Source: Octopus sinensis (Eukaryota). Taken from it: a stretch of 64,000 bases of DNA. Both the position numbers and the translations under genes were made by a program. Positions 28,016-41,570 of this stretch are shown piece after piece; the first letter of the stretch is position 1; each line of letters begins with the position of its first letter. The stretch spans positions 69,564,001 to 69,628,000 of the forward strand of contig NC_043005.1 in NCBI RefSeq assembly GCF_006345805.1, read 5' to 3'. Below the pieces are notes generated by a model. It was given only the letters and a program-made list of their open reading frames with translations, searched no databases and was not told where the DNA came from.

Positions 28016-29359
28016 ATTACAAATGTGAATACTTCGTTTTCACAGGATTTTGTGGCTCCTGTAAATATTTTATATATTTATTAAGATTGTCTCATACACA
28101 TTCTGTCTCATTTATTTATACACACAGATATATTTCTGCATTTTCATGTCAGTTTGGACATTCTTCGTTCCATATCATACAAGTATGAGTATGTTTGAAA
28201 GGATACTAAATCACGCTGTCGCCTTATAATTTCTATGTAAAATCTTGCAAACAGTATCATCACATGTTGAAATTCATTGAGGAAACTCTTTTTTATTTTG
28301 CGGTGTTGAAACGTTAGGTGGCCCTGTAGTAAATATTTATGAATTTATAGATGCATAATCATAAGCTCGCACGCTTGTGTTTGTGTGTGTGCGTATGTAC
28401 GTGTGTGTGTACGCGCGCGCTTGCGTGTGTTTGTGTGCGTGCGCTGAGAAAAAAATTATATTTTACAAGATCCTTTTAAAATATTACTACTAGATGTAAC
28501 AACTCCGCATTACTGATCCTCTTAAATCATCCATCATTACCTCACAAATCATCCATTAACTCACAAAACCAATTAGAGCTAATCCTCTCAAAGATGTTGC
28601 TTCCGTTTACAAACTAAATCTTGTCATTCGTGCGAATTAAATTAAGCCTTCTATTGAACAGGTTATTGCTAAAATATTGTAAACTGCGAAAACGTAACTC
28701 GTTAATTCACATAGAAAACATACCACTCATTAATACATTGCCCATTCATATACATGGTTTGCTGTAGGCATAAAACATTTATTCCTCTGTCAAAATAAAT
28801 GTTTTAATTGAGTAGTCGATCTGGTGGAATTTGAAGCTAGAATATTTGGTGACTTGCAGATGTTCAAACAAATGTTCCGGAGCAATATTGGAAAGACAAT
28901 GCATCGATTGACTTGATCAGCGATGACATTTGGTAAAATATATTCCAAGAGGTGCATTGAGTAACATATAAAACAACTGAGATACGAGGTGAAATGAGTA
29001 TTTGATTTCGAATAAAATTGAATCAAAAATGAAATTTGGTAGAATATGTGCCAAGGGCCATGTATCATTGGGTTGCTGCTTCATGTCATTTTTTTCTTGC
29101 TTCACTTTTCCATAAGCATACACATATTTTGTTGCATGTATGGATGGATAACTGTACCATAAAATCTCTCTGGATATAAATCATTAATTATAAAGGGTTT
29201 AAAATATCAGGGAAGTTTGTAGATGTGCATAATTTGCATCTTTGTATTAGTCAAGCAACAAATCAAGTCTGCGTCCAAGTAACATCAAAGAAATGCCATA
29301 TACTGTGTATGTCGACGCCTTTGAAGCAGTTACCGGCAACCATATCTCTCCTTCGATAT

Positions 29360-29995
29360 ATACATATCCAAAAATTTCGGCCCTTGTGCCTAAAGAAAAA
29401 AAGAATATTTATATATCCTTAAGGCAGAGAGCTGGCAGAAACGTTGGCACGGCGGGCGAAAAGCTTAGCGATGTTTTGTCTGTCTGAGTTTAAACTCCTG
29501 CGAGGTCGACTTTGCCTTTTATATTTTCGGGGTCGATAAATGAGGTACCGGTGCTGTAGTGGGGTCGATCTAATCAACCTGGCCCCTACCACCAAAATTC
29601 AGGCCTTGTGCCAAAAGTAGAAAAGAATATGAAGATATCCTTAAAGCAGCGAGCTGGCAGAAACGTTAGCATGACGGGCGGAATGCGTAGCCGTATTTCG
29701 TCTGCCGTTACGTTCTGAGTTCAAATTACGCCGAGGTGGACTTTGCCTTTCATCCTTTCGGGGTCGATAAATTAAGTACCAGTTACGCACTGGGATCGAT
29801 GTAATCGACTTATCCATTTGTCTGTCCTTGTTTGTCCTCTCTGTGTTTAGCCCCTTGTGGGTAGTAAAGAAATAGGTATTTCGTCTGTCTTTATGTACCT
29901 AGCCGAGGTCAAACTTGTCTTTCATCCTTTGGGAGTCGATAAAGTAAGAAACAGTTAATAACTGGGGTCGATACTATTGACTTAAACCGTCCCAC
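29360..29995 (+). mobile_element. Head-to-tail array of SINE family 2 units
   Basis: Tail remnant at about 29370, full units from about 29421 and 29643, and a headless unit at about 29876-29995. Confidence 0.88.
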
Positions 29996-30034
29996 AGAAT
30001 ATTTATGTATCTCTTTTCTTTTTATTTTTCTTCT

Positions 30035-30418
30035 TTTAAAATGTCTCAATCATGTGACTGCGGCCATGCTGGAGCGCCGCCTTTAGTCGAGTAAATCGCT
30101 CCCAGAGCTTATTCTTTGTAAGCCTAGTACTTATTCAATCGGAATCTTTTTGCTGAACCGCTAAGTTACGGGGACACCAGCATCTGTTGTCAAGCGATGT
30201 TGGCGGGGGGGGGGGGTAGTCACACATATACACGGACATACACACACATATGTATACATATACGACGGGCTTCTTCCAGTTTCCGACTACCAAATACACT
30301 CACACGGCTTTCGTCGGCCCGAGGCTATAGCAGAAGTTACTTGCTCAAGGTGTCACGCAGTGGGACTGAATCCGGAACCATGTGGTTGGTAAGCAAGCTA
30401 TTTTCAACACAGCCACTC
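30035..30418 (-). mobile_element. SINE family 1
   Basis: Colinear with 7508-7928. Confidence 0.88.
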
Positions 30419-30726
30419 TGGAAATCATTTTCCGATTTCTTCATAATCTGTCTTTTATTCCCTTTCACTCTGTTACACTAGGTAAAACGGGTTTGTTATA
30501 AGTCATTCGTTCACAACTTGTCTCAAATTCTTTTTCTAGCTTAACCTGAGCTGCGAACTGACTCTCAATTTCTATTTACTAAAATATCAGCACATACACA
30601 GAGAAACAAATACCGCGTACGTACACACTCTCATAGACACTCACACTCACACACACATACACACACAAACACAGACACACACAGACTCACACACACATAT
30701 ATATATAGCGCGACCGTTTAAATCTT

Positions 30727-30955
30727 AGCCACGGGCATTGGCTCGGTTTCCACATTTTAATTGGCGTATGTGTTTCCCAGCTGGTCGGGACGCCACTTCA
30801 TCGCAGCGTAACTCATTTTTGCCAGCTGAGTGGACTGGAGCAACGTGAAATAAAGTGTCTTGCTCAAGAACACAACTCGTCGTGCGGTCCAGGAATCGAA
30901 ACCACAATCTTACGACCATGGTGCTGACACCCTAACCACTAAGCCACACACCTCC
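30727..30955 (-). mobile_element. tRNA-derived SINE, family 4
   Basis: Minus strand has GTGGCTTAGTGGTTAGGG (A box), GTTTCGATTCC (B box) and GTGTTCTTGAGCAAGACAC...CTCCAGTCCACTCAGCTG (V/CORE-like block). A (CA)n tract lies upstream at 30956-31020. Confidence 0.8.
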
Positions 30956-30966
30956 ACACACATACA

Positions 30967-31005
<39 letters not shown>

Positions 31006-33497
31006 ACATATATATGCATGTATGTCAATATATGTGTGTATGTATATATGTATCTATGTGTGTATCCGTGCTCGACAATGGTAAACTTAAATAAGCAGAT
31101 ACATATATGATTAGCAACGATACGATATCATATTTGCGCTTAAAAAACATTATACTTGCTTTATCATCTAGTGTCGTAGTAACTTTCAGAATTTTAAGCA
31201 GTTTAATACGGTATGTATTATGTTTTCATTCTTTTCTACATGTATGTATTGGTGTGTTCGTATGAAACAAAACTGTGATTCTATATTCCAGCAGACAATC
31301 AGAATACAACACATAAATTGAATGTTTTACTCGGAGCTACATATAAGCTAGAAAACCACACATAATTGCTATATTATATATTTAAAAGTATTTGCTTTAT
31401 ATCTTTAAAGGTTTTTCTTTTAGTGTTGATTTGAAGGACTTTGTTCTGATTGCTGGGTTAAAATACTAATTCTATATATTGTGTCTGTTGTTATTTTGCC
31501 AATCAACTCATTTGTCTGGTATTTGAGAGTTGGATCATGACCAATAGGACTTCATTTCGTATCTTGAGGTAATATATACAAATTATTTCCAGTAAAACCC
31601 GTCAACAAATTATGGCAAATGGTAGTTTTCAATAGCAATATATCGATTTCTTACGGAAACTAAAGTAACAAATAAATCAATTATGAAATCTACAATTAGA
31701 ATCTGTTATTATTCGAAGAATGATATATAAAATATATTTAACCGGAAACCATTTAGATTAAACTAACATAAATATGTTGCTATCAGTCTAACACATATAT
31801 AAAAACACTCATAAACACAATATGGACTGGTTTGTAAAAACAGTTGAAATAATACTCAATCAGATGAAGTAACTCATAAATATTTCTTCGTTATTTAGCC
31901 GTAGAACATCATGAGACTTAAGGGTACATTTTTGGCATATAGTTATTGTTAATAAAAGTTGTATATCACAGCGATTTTTATATAGTAGAAAGCATGATTG
32001 TTTCATACAGTTTTATTTGAATGAAGGTGAGGGAAATGTGAGAAAGTAATACATTCATAATCATACAATTAGGCCGCATTCAAGCACGAAAAATGCAATG
32101 AAACAAAAAATATAATGTAATCATAAGGACTAGCAATAACGATATTCCTACACAGCCACACACTGAAATACAAACAAACACAGACACACGCACGCACACA
32201 GACACACACATACACACACATAGATATAAAGAAAACAATTGGCAGGTTTGCTTATCAGATATATAGTACTGACATACGAAAATTACAATATTGTAAGAGA
32301 ATTATGTGTTTTTTCAAAACATCGTTTCAATCCTTTTTTACTGCATCTTCTATATTCGTACACAATTATGTAAAACCCTATATTCATATGCCAAAGTTGA
32401 ACTTGCGTGAGACCTTGTATATCGATACATTAAGTTGGTATAATATGGTGAAGTGTAGCGTTTCATCGTAGACCTAATATTTATCAGTACATTTTCCCAT
32501 CTAATAGGAGAATATTTCGATCTCTCCAAATATTTTGTGCCATATTTTACATAATTTGAAACATATCTAAACGGCTGTTTTTATTATATTCCAGGCCAAC
32601 CACGGGAATGTTATGAAACTTGAAAACCATCACTTTAAATTGATCATGGATTTCTAGTAGATGGAACCAATCATTTTTTTATATTTTACTTAGCAAATCA
32701 AATTGAGATATGGAAACAAATATCGAAACAAACGCGGATTCAAAGCCCTATAATATCTACAAATCATATATTCCTAAATATGCTTGATAACATAAGTAAT
32801 TAAAAGTTCGGGGCAATAACTTCACAATAATATTTTCTCTACAAGTAGAATAGAAATATCAAAAACCGTTATTTTGTTTTGCATTGATCAAAGGTAAAAT
32901 ACACACCGATACAAAAATAGTTACGTGCATTTACATCTAAATCTATAAATACCGAAGTATATGGCCACGTTTCTAAACACGGAATATGTTCAAAAGTCAA
33001 ATGAGGAAGTAAAAAGTAAAGGAGGAAATCGAAAGATCAGCAAGAGAAAAATGCATCACATAACATCAACAATTTGAGTGAAAAGGGCAAATTTAAAAAC
33101 CAAATTTTCCATCAGGTCGCAAATTGAATAGAATCAAACTATACATCGCATTTAAAGTTTGCAGAAGGCTCTGAATTCCATTTTGTTGAGTGGCGTACAA
33201 ATATATTAGACAAAACTTTTACTAAATATTGTAAGAACCTAAACTTATCTTTTACGTCTGGCAAGCTAATATGGATAAACTAGATTTTACAACTTCGTTC
33301 GTTATTTATATTGCCTCCACAACCTCGGTAATGAGAGGGGGTCATAGGCGGCAGATAAAACAAGTACATTTTGATGTATTTTCAATATATTGACATAAAC
33401 ACTCGAGCCTTGAGCATCACATCTATGATTTAGGGTGTTTGATAGACTCCTACACAATGTAACCAAGCATTGCATAATTAGAGGGACGTCTGCTTAC

Positions 33498-33597
33498 TAT
33501 TTCTGTGTCCGCGAAGGAATCTCATCGTAACTTGCCAGAAAAGTGACTTTGAGCAGTGAACCGACTCCATCTGCGCTGCCTTCATTTCTTCTCATAT
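33498..33597 (-). CDS. Candidate exon (100 nt), open frame (D)MRRNEGSADGVGSLLKVTFLASYDEIPSRTQK
   Basis: Strong acceptor gttaagttgtttttcag| and donor ATA|gtaagc; one open frame (phase 1 to 2). Confidence 0.5.
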
Positions 33598-33730
33598 CTG
33601 AAAAACAACTTAACACATTTTAGAAAGAACAAATAGGTTAACAATGTCATGCAAAAACTTGCACATGCAATTGCTACTAGTCAAAAGCTTCGTATACCGG
33701 AACCAGCAAGTGTATGGAGTCATCAGGTGA

Positions 33731-33810
33731 GAATGCGCGCCGTTTCGGGGCCTACCTATCGACGGCATCAACGCGCACCGGCCCCCCTCACTGATATGAG
33801 GCCCCGCTTG
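33731..33810. promoter_or_regulatory. Small CpG-rich island
   Basis: Hand count gives 53/80 G+C and about 10 CpG in an otherwise strongly AT-rich background. No match to the SINE families in the window. Confidence 0.4.
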
Positions 33811-34299
33811 CTAGAGCAGCTGGTTGTGAAGTTAAACTCAATAACCTTCTAGCCATCGCTCATCGTCTTTTTTAACCACATCAAGTGGCTAGCCTTCTCC
33901 ACTGTAGATTGGATATCAGTCATGGTGGTATAATAACGTGGAAATATTATAAAGTATTGTAGTATACGTAATAAAAAATACTTTTCAACTTTCCAACTGA
34001 GATTTCTGTTTGGTTATTTATCTTGATAATTTTCTGAGACTGGAGAAAACATATTTTTCTGGTGTTGGGTATTCAAGAACATAAAGAGACTAATGTGAAT
34101 AAACTCTATGCGAAGTTGATTCGGTACCAAATTCGATGTAATTCAAAACGGCAAGAAATTATTAAGATACTCTATTTTAAATACAATATTCTAAGGTGCA
34201 ATGAAGTTGAGTTCTTTGTCACAATTTACACAGTAAAATACAGTGTCTTGTATGTATGGCTACATACAAATATTATATATATATACTATCATACATACT

Positions 34300-34475
34300 A
34301 GATATGTATATACACACACACACATCTATATATATATATATATATAATCTATATAATATATATATATATACATAATATCTATAATATTATATATCATATA
34401 TACATATATATAGATATTATATATTATATATCTATACATATTCTATTATATATATATAAGATATATATATCTTAC

Positions 34476-34517
<42 letters not shown>

Positions 34518-34664
34518 TATAATATATATAATATATCTATAGATATATCTATAATATATATATAATATTATACATATATATTGGATAAATATCTAATACA
34601 TATATATATATATATACATATATATAATATATATACATATATATAGCTAATAGATCATATATAA

Positions 34665-34699
<35 letters not shown>

Positions 34700-35126
34700 C
34701 AAACATATATATATATATATATATACCTATATATCTATTATATATATATATATACATATATATACAACATATATATATTTCATATCTATACCTATATAAT
34801 TAATAATATATATATATATTATAAATATATACATATATATAACATATATTATAATTATATAGATATAATATAGTATATATATATTATAGATATGAGCATT
34901 ATATATATAATATATATATATATATATACTATATATATAGATATATATATATTATATTATATATATATATATATATAGATAATATAATATATATATATAT
35001 ATACGATAGATCTATATATTATATATATATACATACACATAGATATATATAATATATATATATATATAGATATTATATATATATATATTATATACATATA
35101 TATATAGATATATATATATATATAAC

Positions 35127-35164
<38 letters not shown>

Positions 35165-35316
35165 AATATATACATATATATATATATACATATCTTATAC
35201 ATATATATACATATATATATATATATACATATATATAAGATATATACTAATATATACATATATATATATATATAGACATATATATATATATATATACATA
35301 TATATATCTAATCTAC

Positions 35317-35347
<31 letters not shown>

Positions 35348-35476
35348 ATACATATATATATATATATATACATATATCATATATATTACATATATTATAA
35401 TATACATATATATAATATATATACATATATATATACATATATATTATATATACATATATTATATATATATATATAG

Positions 35477-35514
<38 letters not shown>

Positions 35515-35580
35515 ATATTATATATATACATATTATATATATATAACATACTATATATATATATATATATACATATTATA

Positions 35581-35611
<31 letters not shown>

Positions 35612-35617
35612 GATATA

Positions 35618-35677
<60 letters not shown>

Positions 35678-35790
35678 CATATATATATATATATACATAT
35701 ATATTATATATATAATATATATATATAATCTATATATTATATATATCACACATATATCATATATCACATACATATACATATATTATATAT
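34300..35790. repeat. About 1.5-kb degenerate (TA)n microsatellite
   Basis: Direct reading. Confidence 0.97.
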
Positions 35791-35794
35791 TTAT

Positions 35795-36150
35795 TATAGT
35801 GGCACTCCGGCGGTGATGATGACGAGTGTTGCAGTTGATCCGATCAATGGAACAGCCTGATCATGAAATTAACGTGCAAGTGCTGGAGCACTCCACAGAC
35901 ACGTGCACTCTTAACGTATTCCACGGGCAGATTCAGCGTGACACAGATTGTGACATGGGTGGTTTTTTGAAATACAAGGGAAACAGAAAGAAAGAGTGAG
36001 AGAAAGTCGTGGCGAAAGAATACAGTACCCCTTGCTGGAGCCTCGTTGAGCTTTAGGTATTTTCGCTCAATAAACACTCACAACGCCCGGTCTGGGAATC
36101 GAAACCGCGAGTCTGCTGTCTGAACCACTGGGCCATTGCACCTCCAACAT
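35795..36150 (-). mobile_element. tRNA-derived SINE, family 3
   Basis: Minus strand has GGAGGTGCAATGGCCCAGTGGTT (A box), GGTTTCGATTCCC (B box), GTGAGTGTTTATTGAGCGAAA, and the CACGTGTCTGTGGAGTGCTC block. Confidence 0.88.
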
Positions 36151-36699
36151 ATATATATTCACTCAAGAATTCCTTGGCATTGCAAAGTTTTAGAGTATCG
36201 TAGATGAATTTGCTGTAATTATGAGTTTCATAATCAGGACAGAAACCGAAAGAAACGAAATTAATAAAATACATAGTTTGCCATTTAATTATTATTTTGT
36301 GTTGTCAGTAGGGAATGGTAATTAGTATTTTAAGAGACGTTTGTTTCCAGAGGCAAAAATGCTTCTGCTGTAGTAAATGAAGAATATAATACCTTTCGAA
36401 AATCGCTGATTTATAGCCACTATAATATAACACTCCAATCAAATTGTATGTAATCAGTACAATTTTTCATCGTACTCCAAAAAAATCCTATGCAAAAGAA
36501 ACCCAAGAATTCATGTTTAATTCCATAATAAATTGAATGTGTTGAAAGTACGATACTTGTAGAAATACCTAAGAAGTTTTCATCATAATTAAATTGCTAA
36601 GAAAGAAAACAAACCTTCACTGCTAAGCTTCCAAAAAAGAGGAAGGATGAAAGTCATTTGGCGACTCGCAAAATAATGGTTTTTAGAGCACGACCGTTG

Positions 36700-37200
36700 T
36701 GGGGGTGCAGAGGCCCAGTGATTAGGGCAGCGGCCTCGCGGTCGTAATGTCGCGGTGTTGATTCCCAGATCGGGTATTGTGAGTGTTTATTAAGCAAAAA
36801 CACCTAAAGCTCTACGTGGCTCAAACAGGGGGCGTGGTGAACCCCGCTGTACTCTTTCACCACACCTTTCTCTCACTCTTTCTTCCTGTTTCTGTTGTAC
36901 CTGTATTTCAAAGGGTCAGCCATGTCACGATCTGTGTCACGTTGAATCTCCCCGAGAAGTACATTAAGGGTACACGTGTCTGCTGAGTGCTCTACCACTT
37001 GAACGTTAATGAATGAGCTGCAACGTCACTGGTGCCAAGCTGTATCTGCGTTTCCCTTGGATAACATCGGTGGCATGGAGAGGGTAGGCTATTATGTATG
37101 GGGGACTCCTGGTCTTCCATAAACCACCTTGCCCAGACTTGTGGCTCAGATAGTAACTTTCTAGGTGAAATCTTATGGTCATTCATGACCGAAGGGCGTC
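36700..37200 (+). mobile_element. SINE family 3 with a longer, RTE-like 3' tail
   Basis: GGCCCAGTGATTAGGGCAGCGG head; body as in 35795-36150; tail ...CATTCATGACCGAAGGG shared with 53140-53430. Confidence 0.85.
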
Positions 37201-38444
37201 ACAACACATCAGAGCACTAGTGTGAAAATACTAGTGTGATAAATAAATAAAAGTCAAGGAATATTTGTAATTCCTTACTATCGAAATTTCCGCGATCACT
37301 TGAATACATAAAAAAAAATTGCGAAATCACGAAACATATACCAGAGAATACTGAAGGGAGACAACAATTTCAGCGGGGAAACTTGATCATCAACAGAAAC
37401 TAATATTGCAATATCAAAGATGTTTAGCTGCATTATCCTCTGAACTACGCATTTAGGTCTCTCTAGTGTCTATCAGGCTATTGTGCACACTATTACTACA
37501 GCTCAATAAATGAAGTAGTGTACATTATATCGGAATGTAATACACAGTGGTATACTTGGAGATGACGAAATTAATACCGGTATATATTTGCTGCATATTT
37601 TATCATCACTGGTAATTACATAACAAAAAACAGAATTCGATTCAGAAGGTAAAAATAATTTATCCTATAACGGAAGTCATTTTGTGATATTGTCAATCCC
37701 TCGGCATAGAATATGTAATATATCACTACCGTTTATATCTATACTTGAGTTATTAAATTAATAGTCTGACTAGGAAAATATATTCATTCGAACTCTATAA
37801 TACAATTTTAGATATTTTACTGTTACTCTGTTGCCTTGTATATCTCTACAACCTTAAAAATTTTCGTAATGTAATTATTGAATATAATATTGTATAAACA
37901 ATTTTCACGGATCGAATGGCAAGTGGCTGTTACAATACATTAACAGTTAATACGAGCTTTAATTTTCAACAAATGTCTGTTTAGAAATATTATATATTTC
38001 TATATTTGCAAAGTTTATTTATTTATTGGTCGCTATTTGACAGTTTACAGTAATTTATATGATTTAACAGCCCATATGGGAACATTTACCATACCCCACC
38101 GCAAAAAAAAAAGAATTGTGTATTAGAAATAATATTTATGGCTTCATTTTTCATATGCAAGTAGATAATAAGTTTTAATGGTGGACGGAAAAAGCTCAAA
38201 TATAGAAACAAAAAAAAATTAGAATAAAGAAAGATACAATAGTGCTAGATAAAAACAGCCCCATATCGTTTTTTATACAATAAATGATGGTTTGAAATAA
38301 TTAAACAAATAATGTTATATGTCACTTATTAACAACCTCAATATGACTCGTATACAATGACAGGAAGGGACATAAGTTGGCAGACATAATAAAATTCTTA
38401 ACAGTCTTTAATTTCATGTTGTAACGAAAATGTCAATTTCCTAT

Positions 38445-38630
38445 ATATGTGCGCGTGTGCGTGCGTGTGTGCATATGTGTGTGTGCGATGCGTCTATATA
38501 AGTATCCAGGAATATATATTTATGTATACATGCATAAATATATGTATGTACATATGTATGAATATATATCTACGTGTTTAATATACGTATATGCATACTT
38601 ACACATACATACATACATACACACACACAT

Positions 38631-38700
<70 letters not shown>

Positions 38701-38760
38701 GTATGTGTATTTGAGTGCGTGTGTGTGAGTATGTATGTGTGTGTGTGCGAATATATAGTA
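38445..38760. repeat. Compound (TG)/(TA)/(CATA) microsatellite
   Basis: Direct reading. Confidence 0.9.
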
Positions 38761-39268
38761 ATTGCTGTGTAATAGAATCGTCGGTTATTGCCATCCTACG
38801 GCATAATCATGTGTAGTTTACTGAATTTCGGACGTCGACTGTGGAGAGTATATGTAAGTAATATGTACAGGCAAAAGACATATATCACAAGAATTGCTTG
38901 TGAATGAACATATTGGTGGTGAAGCTTCATATACATAAATGTGTGTGAGAATGCTTGTATGGGTTTTTGTTTGCATACGTATGAGGTAATGTTGTCTGTT
39001 CGGAAGCGAGAACGCCATGTGACATGAAAGGCATTAGATTAGAGTCAAAGTAGTTTTTAAAAATTCTTTCTGATCTCTGCACGATGCAAAGACAATCAAC
39101 AATTTGAAAGAGGAAGTAAACGTGCAAAAATTGTTATAATGTATATATTTGTGACTTCACACGATGTGTGTGCAGGTGCATGCGTCTGTGCGTGTATTTG
39201 TATATGTGTGTTTGCTTATGTGTGTGTGTGTGTGTGTTTATGCAAGTGCTGTCGGAGGATTTTGTTTT

Positions 39269-39303
<35 letters not shown>

Positions 39304-39905
39304 CCAACTAATATGTGTGTGCGATGCTTCAGTTCAGTGCTGGTAGGATAAGAAATCTAATTTATAGTATTATTTTGTAGTAATTACCAGATACCCCTTA
39401 CAGTGTCTTGACCTGTAAAGCAAGCAGTCATATGACATGAATATATATTCGTTGAAATTATCTGTAAATACGTAACCATTCCCTCCAATGTCACACAATA
39501 TGCTTGCATTTTATGACCTGTTGAATATTGTAAGAATTAAAAACATATCCCCACTCTCTCTCTATGTCAACGCAATTATTTTTATTCCATGTCACTACTT
39601 TTGATTTTATACCTTATGAATTACATTATCCGTGGTATACATAGCAGCAATGTATTCGTTTAATTACTACATACTCCCATTATTTGGTCTTTTGGTTGCT
39701 TCTCTTTTCTTATATGTTGATATATTCTTCGACATTACTTCATGCAATCAATTTGATTTCGCAGCTTACTTCTTTGCTGTACGGTTTAAGAGCTTGGTCA
39801 GCGCAATGATACAGCAATGATCTTAAAAACTAGGTTTTAACTTGAGGTATGTGATGACGCTTTTAAGAGAAATAAACTGATCGTTAATACTTCCTTTAAT
39901 ATATA

Positions 39906-41190
39906 TTGGTTGGCAACTAAGTTCCCGCCGTGTTTTTAAATATAATTTTCTTTAAATGTTTAATAAAAGATAACAACTAATTAATCAATAATGTATTCAC
40001 CCTTGTTGTTTACAACTTCTTCCCAAAGTTCAACGCCATTTTCAATACCTCCTTGGTAGAAATCCCCCGATTCCAATTCGAAAGATTGATCCAACAAAGC
40101 TCTCAATTCTGCATCAGTATTGAACGAAACTCCACGCTTAGTGAAAGAGGTGGAAATCCGTTGATACCAAATCAGGAGAGTACGGCGGGTGGGGCAGCAC
40201 TTCCCAACCATGCGCTTGAATTGCTTCTTTGGTTATATTGGCGATATAAGGGCGGGCGTTGCAGTGCAGCAAAAGAACTCCATGCTGCCGATTAGGTCTT
40301 TTCTCTTAAATAGCCTTTTTGAATCGTTCCATCTGTTTGGTTCCGTTCAAGCAATTCGTAATGGATAATCCCTTCCAAGTCCCACCAAATGCAAAACATG
40401 GTTTTATGCGAAAGAAGATATTATTTCACATGTGCAGTCGCTTGTCTACCGGGGCTACGTAATTCTTTACACTGCTCATATTGAAGTTCAGGCACCATTT
40501 TCTCGCCGCCAGTAACGATTCGGTAAAGAAATCGTTGCTTTTGTCCATGAGTCGAGCGGTAACATGCAAGCAAACCAGCGGAGATTGTGGCTCGTTGATT
40601 TTTGTCGTTGTCATTTAAAGCATGCGGAACCCATGCTCCATACTCCTGAAACTTTCCCATCGAGTGCTATAACCTTTTCCATCGAGTGCATAAATTGCTC
40701 CCACATTGTTATAGAGAAGATTCTTCTCTATAGCAGTGTGGGAGCATTCCATTTTCTCTGTTAATTCCCTTGTGGTTTGACGTAATTTTCGAGCAAAATT
40801 TGGGTTAATCTTCATCGAACTCAGCAAAACGGCCAGATAGAGGTGCGTTTTGAGGTCAAAATTTCCATTTTATTACCAGTCAAATGCAGTTCTTTCAGCT
40901 ATGGCACCCTCTACATACACAGCTCAAATTTCGCGAGTAGCTTTTACGGCCTGACAAACTTGATTAAAGACAAAATGAAGGAGGTGTCGACAAAGCTCGT
41001 TTTTCTTAACATGACATTCCATTTAATGATCTGCAAATAAAATAGAAACTAACAAAAATTAACTAGAAAAAAAATAGATTCTAAAATGATTCAAAAATAG
41101 AATTCTTCAACAAAAAAGGTTCCAAAATTTAAAAACGCAGTAAATTCCAAAATTAAAAAAAAAATAGCGGGAATTTAGTTGCCAACCTGA
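39906..41190 (-). mobile_element. Near full-length decayed mariner transposon
   Basis: Terminal inverted repeats TTGGTTGGCAACTAAGTTCCCGC and GCGGGAATTTAGTTGCCAACCTGA, flanked by TA; about 1.29 kb. Transposase fragments YGAWVPHAL, FLYRIVTG(G)EK, WEVLPHPPYSPDL and LWEEVVNNKGEYIID, with frameshifts. Confidence 0.93.
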
Positions 41191-41344
41191 TATATAGAAC
41201 TGAAGTAAGAATTGAACGAGTCTGTTTAATTTAATGCTTTCCTAACTTATTTTCTATATCAATATTTGCGTCATTCCTGTGGATTTCCCAAGAACGGTCA
41301 GACTAAAATTGTCTTTTTTTTCATGACCACTTTTCGTTATGCAT

Positions 41345-41406
41345 ACATAATACATACACACACACACACACATATATATATACGCACACATACACACACA
41401 CAAAGG

Positions 41407-41440
<34 letters not shown>

Positions 41441-41463
41441 CGCACACATACACACACACAAAG

Positions 41464-41505
<42 letters not shown>

Positions 41506-41570
41506 TTATATATATATATATATACATCCACACATGCACACACAGACACATGCATATACACATGCGTATA
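41345..41570. repeat. (CA)n/(TA)n compound repeat with a duplicated unit of about 60 bp
   Basis: CATATATATATACGCACACATACACACACACAAAGGCACAC occurs twice. Confidence 0.9.

Noticed and set aside
33690-33730. CTGATGA motif (minus strand) and CTGAAGA/CTGACGA motifs at about 25881 and 23057 as hammerhead ribozymes
   Set aside because: No correctly placed GAAA with stems I-III could be built.
33805-33835. TCACAACCAGCT (minus strand) resembling miR-2 or miR-133
   Set aside because: The seed does not match and there is no pre-miRNA hairpin.
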